Shown one piece after another: positions 22,030 to 31,240 of a stretch of DNA of 64,000 nt (position 1 is the first letter of the stretch; each line of letters starts with the position of its first letter). The notes under the pieces were generated by a model that saw nothing but the letters and a program-made list of their open reading frames with translations, was not told the DNA's origin and searched no databases. The DNA is from Spirochaetia bacterium. Its GTDB lineage: Bacteria; Spirochaetota; Spirochaetia; SZUA-6; Bin103. Position numbers and translations under genes: made by a program. The stretch covers positions 2,272,001 through 2,336,000 of the forward strand of contig CBDATQ010000001.1 of the NCBI GenBank assembly GCA_965199955.1, read 5' to 3'.

Positions 22030-22760
22030 ATGCAGACTCGGCGGTCGCCGGACCAGCGATATCCGTGCGGCACACCAGCCTCGCCGGGACCGGGCCGTCC
22101 CAACATCCTGTGGATAACGACCGATCAGCAGCGCCACGACACGGTGGGCGCGCTCGGGCATGCCCACGCTCACGCTCCGTGCCTGGACCGCCTCGTGCGG
22201 GACGGCTTCGTCCGCTACTGTTCGCGGCCGGACCGGCAGGCAGAGGACGGCAGCTCCTATCACGCCTGGCTGCGAGAGCACGGGCACGACCCTTCGGCGC
22301 TGCTCGGCCGGGCGGCCGACCGGAAGCACGGAATCACCCAGTTTCTGCCGCCGGCGCCCACGGCGGACAATGTGCCGGTCGAGCTGCACCACTCCACGTG
22401 GTGCGCCGAGTCGGCAATCGAGTTCATCCGCCGGCCGCACGCGCGGCCGTGGCTGCTGAACCTCAACATCTTCGATCCCCATCCGCCCTACGATCCGCCG
22501 TGGGAGTACTACCGGCGTTTCGACGCGGATGCTCTGCCCGATCCTCCGTTCAGGCCGACGGACCTCGCCACCCGGCCCGGACTGGCAGGGGTCGAGTTCC
22601 AGAGCGTGGCACGGCATCCGGACGAGGACGGCATCCGCAGCCTGCGCGCCGCCTACCTGGCAACGATCGAGCTGGCCGACGCGCGCTGGAGGAGAGCTTC
22701 GCGTCGACCGTCCTGGGCGGCGATCCGGGCCCGCCCCTGATGGAGGACCCGTGGTCATAA
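22030..22760 (+). pseudogene. Sulfatase remnant with internal deletions
   Basis: RPNILWITTDQQR and DPHPPYDPP present, catalytic CxPxR segment absent; far shorter than a sulfatase; tail in another frame. Confidence 0.75.
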
Positions 22761-22769
22761 GCCCACTGA

Positions 22770-22918
22770 CCTCGCGGACGCCGGAGCTCGGATGCCGGTC
22801 GCTCGGCGTCCTGCACGTCGCCGCGGCCGGCCTGCTCGGCGTCGACCTGTTCGTGACCGGTGACGGCAGGCAGGCGGCCCTGGGAAGAGGCGAGGGCCTG
22901 CCGGTGAGGCTCGTATGA
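22770..22918 (+). pseudogene. PIN/VapC toxin C-terminal fragment
   Basis: CRSLGVLHVAAA...FVTGDGRQAALGRGEGL matches the PIN C-terminal pattern; no N-terminus or antitoxin. Confidence 0.55.
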
Positions 22919-22981
22919 CTCCGTCCCGGCGGCAGTATCCATGCCAGTCAGAGCACGTGGCTCCGCCCTGAACACGAACCG

Positions 22982-24466
22982 ATGAAGCGGGTAGTGGTGA
23001 TCGGCGCGGGCTTCGGCGGGCTGGCGGCCGCGGCGCTGCTGGCCAGGGACGGGTTCGACGTGACCGTCCTGGAGCGCAACGGGCAGCCCGGCGGCCGGGC
23101 CATGCTCCATCGCGAAGGCGGCTTCTCGTTCGACATGGGCCCGTCCTGGTACCTGCTGCCGGACGTGTTCGAGCGGTTCTTCGCCCGCTTCGGCAGCGTG
23201 CCGACCGATTACTACGGCCTGACGCGGCTGGATCCGGCCTACCGGGTGTTCTTCGGCGACGGGGCGCCCACCGACGTGTCCGCCGACCTGGAACGCAACC
23301 TGGCGCTGTTCGAGCGCGTCGAACGGGGCGGCGCGGACGCGCTCCGCGGTTACCTGGCGCGCTCGGAGTACCAGTACCGGGTGGCCATGGAACGCTTCGT
23401 GTACCGCGACTATCGCGGCGTGGGGGATGTCCTGGACCGGGAGCTGCTGCTCCACGGCATGCGCCTGCGGCTGTTCGGCCGCATGGACCGGCTGGTGGCG
23501 CGGGCGTTCCGGGACGACCGGCTGCGCAAGCTGTTGACCTACAACCTGGTCTTCCTGGGCTGCTCGCCGAGCCGCGCGCCGGCGCTGTACGCGCTGATGG
23601 CGCACGCCGACTTCAACCTGGGCGTGTGGTATCCGGAGGGCGGCATGAACGGCGTGGCGCGCGGCCTGTACCGCCTGGCGCAACGCCAGGGAGCCCGGTT
23701 CGTCTTCGACTCGCCGGTCACCGGCATCAGGCTCGCCGGGCAGCGGGCAACCGCCGTCGACTCGGCCTCCGGGAGCTACCCCGCGGACGTGGTGCTGGCC
23801 AACGCCGACTACCACCACGTCGAGCAGGCGCTGCTGCCGTCCGCGGCGCGCAGCTACTCCACACGCTACTGGGCCCGTCGCGTGGTGGCGCCGTCGGCGT
23901 GTATCGTCTACCTCGGCTTGGACAGGCGGGTGCCGGCGCTGGCTCACCACAACCTGCTGCTGCAGCACGGGTGGGACGAGCACTTCCGGAGCATCTTCGA
24001 CCGGCCCGCGTGGCCGGTGCGTCCCGCGCTGTACGTCTGCAGGCCGTCGCTGACCGATCCCGCGGTGGCGCCGGAAGGGAGCGAAAACCTGTTCCTGATG
24101 ATGCCGGCGGCGGCCGGGCTGCGGGACGACGACGACGCGCGCGAGCGCTGCCGGCGGCTGATGCTGCTCGCGCTGGAGACGACGATCGGGGAGGGGATCG
24201 AGGACTCGATCCGCGTCTGCCGGCTGTTCACCCACCGCGACTTCACCGCCACCTTCAACGCCTTCCGCGGCACCGCCCTGGGACTGGCGCACACGCTGCG
24301 GCAGACCGCCTTTCTGCGCCCGGCGCTGCAAAGCAGACGGGTCGGCAACCTGTTCTTCGCCGGCCAGTACACGACGCCCGGCATCGGCGTGCCGATGACG
24401 CTGATCGCCTCCACCATCGCGCGCGACCGCATCGTGGCGGCGGCCGCACGGCACAACGATGCCTGA
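22982..24466 (+). CDS. crtI: Phytoene desaturase
   Basis: GAGFGGL FAD motif, FDMGPSWY, YPEGGM, C-terminal NLFFAG..TPGIGVP. Confidence 0.92.
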   Translation: MKRVVVIGAGFGGLAAAALLARDGFDVTVLERNGQPGGRAMLHREGGFSFDMGPSWYLLPDVFERFFARFGSVPTDYYGLTRLDPAYRVFFGDGAPTDVSADLERNLALFERVERGGADALRGYLARSEYQYRVAMERFVYRDYRGVGDVLDRELLLHGMRLRLFGRMDRLVARAFRDDRLRKLLTYNLVFLGCSPSRAPALYALMAHADFNLGVWYPEGGMNGVARGLYRLAQRQGARFVFDSPVTGIRLAGQRATAVDSASGSYPADVVLANADYHHVEQALLPSAARSYSTRYWARRVVAPSACIVYLGLDRRVPALAHHNLLLQHGWDEHFRSIFDRPAWPVRPALYVCRPSLTDPAVAPEGSENLFLMMPAAAGLRDDDDARERCRRLMLLALETTIGEGIEDSIRVCRLFTHRDFTATFNAFRGTALGLAHTLRQTAFLRPALQSRRVGNLFFAGQYTTPGIGVPMTLIASTIARDRIVAAAARHNDA

Positions 24467-25298
24467 CCGCCGCCTCACCCGCATCTTCCGCCGCGGCAGC
24501 AGGACCTACTTCTTCTCCAGCGTCGCCTTCCCGCAGACGCTGCGCGACGACGTATTCGCGCTCTATGCCTTCGTGCGCACCGCCGACAACTTCGTCGACC
24601 AGCCGCCCGGCCGGCAGGACGCCGCGGGCTTCGACCGCTTCCGGGAGCGTTACGGGTCGGCGGCCGCCGGCAGCGCGGACGGCGACCCCGTCATCGACTC
24701 CTTCGTCGAGCTGGCGGTCCGCAAGCGATTCCGCGACGAGTGGGCGGAGGCGTTCCTGGACGCGATGGCTCAGGATCTGCGCCAGACCGACTACCGGACC
24801 GTCGACGACACCGTGGCCTACATGTACGGAAGCGCGGAGGTGATCGGGCTGATGATGGCGGCCATCATGGAGCTGCCGCAGGAGGCGTACGCACCGGCGC
24901 GGATGCTCGGACGCGCCATGCAGTACATCAACTTCATCCGGGACATCGCCGAGGACCTGGAGCTCGGCCGCACCTACCTGCCGGCCACGGAGCTGGCCGC
25001 CGCCGGACTGCGCAGCCTGGACCCGGAAGAGGCGCACCGCGACGTGCCGGCGTTCCGTCGCTTCGTGCGCGCCGAGATCGACCGCTACCTGGGCTGGCAG
25101 CGAGCCGCCGATGCCAGCTTCCACTTCATCCCGCGCCGTCCGCGGGTGGCGATCCGCACCGCGTCCGACATGTACCGCTGGACCGCGGATCGCATCCGCG
25201 AGGACCCGCTGGTGGTGTACCGGCGCAAGGTCCGGCCGTCGGCGGCCCGCATCCTGGCGACCATCGCCGCGAGTGCGTTGGGCAGCGGGCGTCGATAG
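24459..25298 (+). CDS. crtB: Phytoene synthase
   Basis: GSRTY, LYAFVRTADNFVD, YMYGSAEVIG, NFIRDIAED, GRTYLP. Confidence 0.92.
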   Translation: MPDRRLTRIFRRGSRTYFFSSVAFPQTLRDDVFALYAFVRTADNFVDQPPGRQDAAGFDRFRERYGSAAAGSADGDPVIDSFVELAVRKRFRDEWAEAFLDAMAQDLRQTDYRTVDDTVAYMYGSAEVIGLMMAAIMELPQEAYAPARMLGRAMQYINFIRDIAEDLELGRTYLPATELAAAGLRSLDPEEAHRDVPAFRRFVRAEIDRYLGWQRAADASFHFIPRRPRVAIRTASDMYRWTADRIREDPLVVYRRKVRPSAARILATIAASALGSGRR

Positions 25299-25345
25299 AC
25301 ACGTTGCCGGCGACAGAGAAACGGCCGACATTCCCGGTAGAACCT

Positions 25346-26416
25346 ATGTACATCAAGGAAGGTAGTCCCGCCCGAACGACGACACCTGCTCCGGCATACC
25401 GGGCGTTGGCCGCGGGCGTCCTGTTCAGCGTCGCCTACACGGCCGTCATCTGGCTGCTCGCGGGCCGGCTGGCCGACATCCCGCACGCCGAGGACGCCGG
25501 CGCGTCATGGTACTACTGGAAGCTCATCGACCCCACGCTGGCCAGCAGATTGACCGCCTGGGGGTTTTACCTGTTGCACCAGGTAGCGTTCTGGGCGGTG
25601 ATCTTCTACGCCCAGCGCACGATCGGGCGCGGCACGCCGCGCTACAGCGGCTCCCTGCGCCTGGCCAACGGTTTGGCCCTGGGGGTCAACGGCTTCTTCA
25701 TCGCCCTGCGCGTGGTTCAGACGCACCTCTGGTACGACGGCCTTGCGCAGGACGTCTCCATCTGGAGCTCGCTGGGATCGGTCGCGCTCATGCTGGTCTG
25801 GGTGCTGCTGATGGAGAACCCGCGGCGCGGCCTGTTCTTCGGGAAGACGATCGGCTTCCCCAAGCGGGTCATCTCCGTGGCGCGGCGCTACCACGGCTAC
25901 TACTTCGCCTGGGCCACCGTCTACACGCTCTGGTACCACCCGACGGAGGCCACCAGCGGCCACCTCATCGGCTTCCTGTACATGTTCCTGCTGCTGCTGC
26001 AGGGCAGCCTGTTCTTCACCCGCGCGCACTTGAACCGGTGGTGGACGCTGTTCCTTGAGGTGTCGGTGCTGGCGCACGGGACGCTGGTGGCGATCATGCA
26101 GGGCGAGGGCATGTGGCCGATGTTCGCCTTCGGCTTCGGCGGGATCTTCGTGATCACTCAGATGCACGGGCTCCGCTGGCCACGCTGGGTGCGTGGGCTG
26201 GTGCTGGCCGCCTACGTCGCGGGCGTCCTGGCCGTGTACGGCGCGTTGGGCTGGGAACGGCTCGCCGAGGTGGTACGCATCCCGTTCATCGACTACGCGG
26301 CGGTGTTCGCGCTGGCCGGCCTGATCGGCGGCGTGCTGGGCGTGATCCGTCTGATCCGGCCCACGGCGGGAGAGGGCACGACCGCGGTTCCGAGCCGCGA
26401 GCGGCAGAGTGCCTGA
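25346..26416 (+). CDS. His-rich polytopic membrane protein of unknown function
   Basis: About 10 hydrophobic segments with eight His in or next to them; follows crtB on the same strand. Confidence 0.8.
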   Translation: MYIKEGSPARTTTPAPAYRALAAGVLFSVAYTAVIWLLAGRLADIPHAEDAGASWYYWKLIDPTLASRLTAWGFYLLHQVAFWAVIFYAQRTIGRGTPRYSGSLRLANGLALGVNGFFIALRVVQTHLWYDGLAQDVSIWSSLGSVALMLVWVLLMENPRRGLFFGKTIGFPKRVISVARRYHGYYFAWATVYTLWYHPTEATSGHLIGFLYMFLLLLQGSLFFTRAHLNRWWTLFLEVSVLAHGTLVAIMQGEGMWPMFAFGFGGIFVITQMHGLRWPRWVRGLVLAAYVAGVLAVYGALGWERLAEVVRIPFIDYAAVFALAGLIGGVLGVIRLIRPTAGEGTTAVPSRERQSA

Positions 26417-26477
26417 TGCACACGGTGCCTGAGGCAGCACACTGCCTGATGGGCACCTCCCGCTGACGGATGCCGAT

Positions 26478-26822
26478 TGGAGGTGGCGGGAATCGAACCC
26501 GCGTCCTGAAAGGCACCGCGCAGGCTTCTACAGGTTTGTCCGGCGCTTCATTGTCGATGTGGACGTGAGGCCGCCGGCGGCCGCGTCCCATCCAATCCAG
26601 CTGTAGTGTTCCCGACGGCCCGCGGGCCTGCCGTCAGGTGAGCCCTGATTTGCAACAGGGTGGCGGTCGCTCAGAGCTGCGCTCCCGAAACCCCGTGGCT
26701 GCTACTTTAGGCAGCCAGTGCCAGGTTGTTGTTGGCAGTTAAAAAAGGTGCCATGTTTTAGGAGAATGGCTCTCCACCTGCAACCTGCGAGACGTTCTTC
26801 CAGTCGAGCCCTGTTCACCCCC
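26478..26822 (-). ncRNA. ssrA: tmRNA, tag peptide (A)ANNNLALAA at 26736-26707
   Basis: 5' GGGGGTGAACAGGGCTCGAC; 3' GCGGGTTCGATTCCCGCCACCTCCA; G3-U pair in acceptor stem; tag ORF ending LALAA*; adjacent to smpB. Confidence 0.96.
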
Positions 26823-26857
26823 GTGGAGGCTGTTCACCCCCGTCGTGCGCCGCTTCG

Positions 26858-27322
26858 TCACCGGCGAGTTCGCAGCGCCCGCTGCGCCTCGCGCTCGTCG
26901 TCCCGGCGCCGTATGTCTTGGCGCTTGTCCACGTCGCGCTTGCCCCGGCACAGGGCCAGCTCGACCTTGACCAAGCCACGCACAGTATAGAAGCGCAGCG
27001 GGACCAGGGTCAATCCACGTTCGGACACGCGCCGGCGGAGAGCGATGATCTCCTTCTTGTGGGCGAGCAGCCGGCGCGGACGATCCGGCTCGTGGTTGTA
27101 GCGGTTGCCGTGCTCGTAGTGCGAGATGTGCAGTCCATGCAGCCACAGCTCGCCGTTCTCCACGCGCCCGTGCGCGTCCGCGAAGGCGAACCGCCCGGCG
27201 CGCATCGACTTGACCTCGGTGCCGGAAAGGACCACGCCCACCTCCAGCCGCTCGACAGGTTGGTACCGGTGCAATGCACGCCGGTTGGTCGCCAGCGTGC
27301 GCGGGCCGGCCTGCTCAGCCAT
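26858..27322 (-). CDS. smpB: SsrA-binding protein
   Basis: NRRALHRY, LSGTEVKSMR, RRLLAHKKEI, GLTLVPL. Confidence 0.97.
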   Translation of the reverse strand: MAEQAGPRTLATNRRALHRYQPVERLEVGVVLSGTEVKSMRAGRFAFADAHGRVENGELWLHGLHISHYEHGNRYNHEPDRPRRLLAHKKEIIALRRRVSERGLTLVPLRFYTVRGLVKVELALCRGKRDVDKRQDIRRRDDEREAQRALRTRR

Positions 27323-29000
27323 CGGGCGCTTCCGGCAGGGCGATGACGACCCGAAACCCCAGGTACGGGGTCGCCCACGCCGGCTCCTGCGCTCCGCGCG
27401 AGTAGACGCGGATCAGGTCACGCTCGCTCGCCCAGGAGCCGCCGCGTACGACCCGCTCGGCGCCGGCGCGCGGCTGTCCGGCGAACGGCTGCACCGGATC
27501 GTCCCCCGTCCATAGCAGATAGGAGGCCGGCGCGTACCACGTGGCCGTCCACTCCCAGACATTGCCGAGCAGGTCGCGAACTCCGTAGCCGTTCGGCTCG
27601 GACACCGGGGCGGGGCCGGGCCCGTGGACCTGCGTGCCACCGACCCGGGTCCGCGCGAGCCGCGCGCCGCCCGTGCCCGAGCCGTTGGGATAGGGCTGGC
27701 CCGACAGGCCTCCCCGCGCCGCCCACTCCCACTCGGTTTCGGTGGGCAGGCGCACGATCATGTCGCCGTACGGCCAGGCGCCATCCGACGAAACGCGCGC
27801 GGCGAGCCAGGCAGCGAACGCGGCCGCAGCATGGTGGGACACGTGCGTGACCGGTTGATCGAGGGTTCCGGGCGCCGGAATTCCGTCGGACCACGATGCC
27901 AGATAGGTCGGTTCGGCCAGCCCTTCTCTCACCAGCCCGGAGGCAGCCTGCGGCGACCAGCGCGGCACGTCGGCCACGAACCGTACGAACTGACGGTTGG
28001 TGATCTCGGTCTCCGCCATCAGGAACGGCGCGACCGCGCGCAGGTGCGGCTGATGATCGTGCGCGGCGTCCGCGCGCACGCCGCGGTCCACGTCATCCCC
28101 CATGAGCAGCGTCCCGCCGGGGATCGGCCGGAAGCGTATGCCGCCGATCGTCACGGCGTCCTGCGACGCCGCCGGATCGGGGGAAAGGTGGGAGGCAACG
28201 GCACGCCGGTAGCGCTCACCACGCTCGTGGTACCAGCGCTGCGACGCCACACGCGGCCTGAGATCACTCGGAACGGCGGCGGCGAGCCACAGCGGCAGGC
28301 CCGTATAGTCGCGATCCAGTTGCAACAACCGGTCGAACAGGCCGCGAGCGGCCTGTGGCGTCACCGGCCCGCCGCCGGCGGCGGTGGTTGCCGCGGCGCG
28401 CACCAGCGCACCGAGCGCCTGACGGCGGTCCACGAACGGCACGACGTCCCGCAGAAATGCGTATTGAGCGGACGGTTCGGCTCGCGCCAGGGCGCGTCCC
28501 GCGTCCTCGATGATTCCGGTCACGTGCAATGCGCCGCCGAACTCCGCGACGCTTCGACGCGCCACGCCGGCCGCGTCCACCAGCTCCAGGTCGGCGTGAG
28601 CGGACGCGCGGTTGCGAACGATCAACGTGCCGATGACTCGCGGCGCCACGTCGACCTGCAGCCGTGCCGCGGCGAATCCAGCGCGCGTGAGCTCCAGGTC
28701 GTGCATCCCCGGACCGGCCTTCACCGACAGCGGCGTGGTGCCCACGAACCGGCCGTCCAACCACACGGTCACGTTCGGCGGAGTGGCGGTGACCGCGATA
28801 CGGCCGCCGGGAGCGCGCAGTCCGGGATACGCCAGCACCAGGAACAGCGCCAGCAGCAGGATCAGCGCGTAGATGCCGGTGAGGTACGTGCCGGGCGACA
28901 TCCCCAGGAGCCGGCGCAGGCGGACCTGGGATGCGCGTTCGAGGTCCGCGGCCTCGGGCGCTGCGGCGCGCGCGGCCGGCGGCCGCCGGTCTCGTTTCAT
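27315..29000 (-). CDS. Membrane-anchored PEGA plus FGE-sulfatase (SUMF1-like) domain protein
   Basis: TM helix; PEGA VWLDGRFVGTTP; RLPTETEWEWAARGG, NGYGVRDLLGNVWEW, RGGSW, GFRVV. Confidence 0.85.
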   Translation of the reverse strand: MKRDRRPPAARAAAPEAADLERASQVRLRRLLGMSPGTYLTGIYALILLLALFLVLAYPGLRAPGGRIAVTATPPNVTVWLDGRFVGTTPLSVKAGPGMHDLELTRAGFAAARLQVDVAPRVIGTLIVRNRASAHADLELVDAAGVARRSVAEFGGALHVTGIIEDAGRALARAEPSAQYAFLRDVVPFVDRRQALGALVRAAATTAAGGGPVTPQAARGLFDRLLQLDRDYTGLPLWLAAAVPSDLRPRVASQRWYHERGERYRRAVASHLSPDPAASQDAVTIGGIRFRPIPGGTLLMGDDVDRGVRADAAHDHQPHLRAVAPFLMAETEITNRQFVRFVADVPRWSPQAASGLVREGLAEPTYLASWSDGIPAPGTLDQPVTHVSHHAAAAFAAWLAARVSSDGAWPYGDMIVRLPTETEWEWAARGGLSGQPYPNGSGTGGARLARTRVGGTQVHGPGPAPVSEPNGYGVRDLLGNVWEWTATWYAPASYLLWTGDDPVQPFAGQPRAGAERVVRGGSWASERDLIRVYSRGAQEPAWATPYLGFRVVIALPEAPDG

Positions 29001-29118
29001 CGTGACTCCGGGCGAACGCCGGGCAGGGCGCGATGATCTTCCGGGATACGCGATCTGCGGTACGGAACCGCCCTCATGGGCCACCGTGCGGTTCTTGTGA
29101 CGTTCACCATCGAGCGGA

Positions 29119-30237
29119 ATGCGCCCTCAGCATGGTGCGGCGCCGCTCGCGGTGTCAAAGCACGTTGTCGGACGCGGCTTGCCCGCTCTACCGACGGCAA
29201 GTAGGCTCGCCGCCGTGGCCGCTGCACAGGCTCGCTCCGGACGCATGGGCTCCGGGTGGCAGACATGGAGCGCGGCGCTGCAGCGCGGCACCGAGCGGCT
29301 GCTCACCGGCCGCCGCCGCAGGAAACTGCGCCGCCGGGAGCGTCATCGCCGCCGCAATCCCGTGGTCGACTGGCTGGACGCGATCGGCTCGGCGGTGCTC
29401 ATCGTCCTGGTCATCAACCAGTTCCTGTTTCAGGCCTACAAGATCCCCTCGCAGTCGATGCGCCCCACCCTGGAGATCAGCGACCGCATCTTCGTGAACA
29501 AGCTCGTCTACGGACCCGAGCTGGTGCCGGGGCAGGTCAAGCTTCCCGGCCCCCGGCGCCCCGGGCGCGGCGAGGTGATCATCTTCGAGAATCCCACCTA
29601 CGAGCCGATCGGGCCGCTCAAGGACATCTTGAAGCGCATCATCTACATGCTGACGCTGTCGATGGTCGACATCGACCGCGACCAGTACGGCAACGCCAAG
29701 CCTCACATCCTCATCAAGCGCGCGGTCGGCGTGGGCGGGGACCGCATCCGCCTGCGCCGGGGCGAGGTGCAGGTGCTGCTTCCGGGAGCCGACGGATGGA
29801 GCGACGAAGCGACGTTGCAGGCTGCGTTCGGACTCGACTACACGACGCGGCGCAGCCCGATCCTGATCGACTACGACATCCTGCAGGCCGGCGTGACGAC
29901 AGAGACCAGGCTTGAGGGGGGGTTGCCCCTGACCGAGCAGGAGCGCGTCGACCTGAACCGCTGGAAGCGACGCGACGGGATGGCGGACCCGGTGTTCAGG
30001 GACCAGTGGCGGCTGCGCACGAAGGTGGAGATGGACCCGACCGACCGCAATTCCGCCCGGCAGTGGCAACTCCGGGAGCGGGGCTGGGTGGTGCCGTCCG
30101 GCACGGTGTTTCCGCTCGGCGACAATCGGGACGAGTCGAGGGACGGCCGCTACTTCGGACCGGTGACGCTCCGGCGGGTGCTCGGCAAGGCGATGTTCCA
30201 CTACTGGCCGCCGACCCGCTGGGCGGCGATCCGTTAG
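29119..30237 (+). CDS. lepB: Signal peptidase I (true start may be further downstream)
   Basis: IPSQSMRPTL (Ser), LIKRAVGVGGD (Lys), LGDNRDESRDGRYFG. Confidence 0.93.
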   Translation: MRPQHGAAPLAVSKHVVGRGLPALPTASRLAAVAAAQARSGRMGSGWQTWSAALQRGTERLLTGRRRRKLRRRERHRRRNPVVDWLDAIGSAVLIVLVINQFLFQAYKIPSQSMRPTLEISDRIFVNKLVYGPELVPGQVKLPGPRRPGRGEVIIFENPTYEPIGPLKDILKRIIYMLTLSMVDIDRDQYGNAKPHILIKRAVGVGGDRIRLRRGEVQVLLPGADGWSDEATLQAAFGLDYTTRRSPILIDYDILQAGVTTETRLEGGLPLTEQERVDLNRWKRRDGMADPVFRDQWRLRTKVEMDPTDRNSARQWQLRERGWVVPSGTVFPLGDNRDESRDGRYFGPVTLRRVLGKAMFHYWPPTRWAAIR

Positions 30238-30342
30238 GAGTCTGTCAGATGTGGCGCGTCAGCGGCATATCCGACGGAGTCCGTAGCGGAAGGTGGGGAT
30301 GGGCCAATAGCGGAGCCGGAGGCGACGATATTGGGGCGGTAG
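30235..30342 (+). repeat. Dispersed ~105-bp repeat, copy 1
   Basis: Closely matches the reverse complement of 45237-45344. Confidence 0.9.
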
Positions 30343-30418
30343 CTCGGCCATCGTCTGCAAGCACAGTCCGATTTGACCGGTATCGGCTCCGATTGGTAGC
30401 CTTGGCTCCGGGCAGGGG

Positions 30419-31177
30419 ATGTCAGGACACAGCAAGTGGCACTCGATACGCCACAAGAAGGGCGCCGCGGACGCGAAGCGCGGCAAGCTCTTCGCCAAGC
30501 TCATCAAGGAAGTGACGGTCGCCGCGCGTCTGGGAGGCTCCGACGAAGACGCGAACCCGCGGCTGCGGCAGGCCGTGCTGAAGGCGCGCGCGGCCAACAT
30601 GCCCGCCGACAACATCGACCGCGCGATCAAGAAGGGCGCCGGGGAGGCAGGCGGCAGCGAGTTCCACGAGTTGCTGTACGAGGCGTACGGTCCCGGCGGC
30701 GTGGCCATGCTGATCGAGATCCTCACCGACAACCGGAACCGCAGCGCCGCGGAGGTCCGCAACACCCTGTCCAAGCACGGCGGAAACCTCGGCGACGCAG
30801 GCTCCGTGTCCTACCTCTTCAAGCGGCGCGGCGTGGTGGCCGTCGATGGCGAGCAGCACTCCGAAGACCAGGTGATGGAGGTCGCGATCGAATCCGGTGC
30901 TCTCGACGTGATCGCCGACGACGGCATCATCGAAGTCCTGACCGAACCTGCCGATTTCGACGTCGTGCTGCAGTCGATCCAGACGGCGGAGTTGGCCACG
31001 ACCGGGGCGGAGATCACTTGGGTGGCCGACGCGCCGCTGGAGCTGCCGCCGAAGCCGGCAACGGCCGCGGTACGGCTGATCGAGCTGATCGAGGACCTGG
31101 ACGACGTGCAGTCGGTGGCCAGCAACCTCGAACTCGGCAACGTCGAGCTCCCGGAGCCCTCACTCGTCGCCGACTGA
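30419..31177 (+). CDS. yebC: YebC/PmpR family protein
   Basis: MSGHSKW, YEAYGPGG, LTDNRNR, EDLDDVQ. Confidence 0.96.
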   Translation: MSGHSKWHSIRHKKGAADAKRGKLFAKLIKEVTVAARLGGSDEDANPRLRQAVLKARAANMPADNIDRAIKKGAGEAGGSEFHELLYEAYGPGGVAMLIEILTDNRNRSAAEVRNTLSKHGGNLGDAGSVSYLFKRRGVVAVDGEQHSEDQVMEVAIESGALDVIADDGIIEVLTEPADFDVVLQSIQTAELATTGAEITWVADAPLELPPKPATAAVRLIELIEDLDDVQSVASNLELGNVELPEPSLVAD

Positions 31178-31180
31178 GCC

Positions 31181-31240
31181 CAGGGCAGCTTCGGCGGCGG
31201 TCAGGGCAGCTTCGGCGGCAGTCAGGGCACATTTGGCGGT
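31181..31240 (+). repeat. 21-bp tandem repeat (two copies plus a degenerate third)
   Basis: CAGGGCAGCTTCGGCGGC(G/A)GT twice, then CAGGGCACATTTGGCGGT. Confidence 0.8.

Noticed and set aside
25346..26416. Rhodopsin or Blh identity for the membrane protein after crtB
   Set aside because: No DxxxK or SxxxK retinal-binding helix and no Blh-type motifs recognised
16950..26500. att-site duplication of the tRNA-Glu or ssrA 3' end
   Set aside because: No second copy found by eye, so island boundaries are not defined by att repeats
27315..27600. FGE-sulfatase C-terminus as a diversity-generating retroelement target
   Set aside because: No reverse transcriptase or template repeat seen in the window
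31181..31240. Possible mini-CRISPR
   Set aside because: Contiguous tandem units with no spacers and no cas genes in the window
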